Shown: positions 63,778-64,000 of the stretch, one piece after another
How positions within the stretch are numbered: the first letter of the stretch is position 1
Layout: each line of letters begins with the position of its first letter
Notes under the pieces: model-generated
Told to the model about the DNA's origin: nothing
What the model saw: the letters and a program-made list of their open reading frames with translations, nothing else
Databases searched by the model: none
NCBI GenBank assembly: GCA_031275405.1
Contig: JAISOV010000022.1
Span: 135-64,134 of the forward strand
Length of the DNA: 64,000 nucleotides
Direction of reading: 5' to 3'
DNA from: Clostridium sp.
GTDB taxonomy: Bacteria; Bacillota; Clostridia; Lachnospirales; Lachnospiraceae
Made by a program: the position numbers and the translations under genes

Positions 63778-64000
63778 ATGTCACAGTTTCTTGCCGTCGG
63801 GTTCGGCGGGTTTATCGGCGCTTGCGCAAGATTCGCCATCACGAAGCTGATGGGCCGTTATCCTGCATTGCTGCCGTTTGGAACGTTGCTGTCAAACGTG
63901 ATGGCGGGATTCCTGATGGGCCTGATTACTGGAATCGAACGCCAGGCCGCCGCTTTGCCCCAGCACACCAGACTGTTCCTGGCTGTCGGCGTTCTTGGCG
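63778..64000 (+). CDS. crcB: fluoride ion channel CrcB/FluC (partial, runs off the window)
   Basis: This is my own translation from the ATG at 63778, which follows gggagga. It reads MSQFLAVGFGGFIGACARFAITKLM...FGTLLSNVMAGFLMG, a typical CrcB N-terminus. The gene is absent from the ORF track because there is no stop inside the window. Confidence 0.85.
   Translation, partial: MSQFLAVGFGGFIGACARFAITKLMGRYPALLPFGTLLSNVMAGFLMGLITGIERQAAALPQHTRLFLAVGVLG

Overview
This is a 64-kb chromosomal window from a GC-rich Gram-positive anaerobe of clostridial type. GC is roughly 55-60% by eye, not computed. The taxonomic guess is an inference from gene content: recA-recX, tgt-yajC, a group-B-like [FeFe] hydrogenase, DUF1292, DUF1015 and Shine-Dalgarno GGAGG sites. 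I call about 50 protein genes. Most are housekeeping: recA/recX; glgB and glgX; a minus-strand biosynthetic run leuB-ilvD-ilvB-serC-serA; aroC; gltX; a UvrD-like helicase; potABCD; and several ABC, MFS and MMPL transporters with TetR or AraC regulators. I found no rRNA, tRNA, CRISPR array, transposase or integrase.

The non-routine content falls into six groups:
1. A 16-copy GGCAACA heptanucleotide tract is translated at the 5' end of a low-GC acyltransferase-3 gene. It looks like a slipped-strand phase-variation switch.
2. An orphan small protein has a CNDG/CGDG Cys-rich repeat core.
3. An MMPL-type transporter has seven tandem ~80-aa modules in its second outer loop.
4. Structured tandem repeats (3x69 bp, 2x94 bp) sit in divergent intergenic regions, and one family recurs 30 kb away.
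5. An AT-rich ~1.9-kb islet is bracketed by ~44-bp direct repeats.
6. There is a C9-tract frameshift in a TetR gene, a decayed HEPN/MNT plus Phd toxin-antitoxin patch, and many in-frame low-complexity insertions in housekeeping enzymes.

Product calls rest on motif recognition in the supplied translations. No database search was run.
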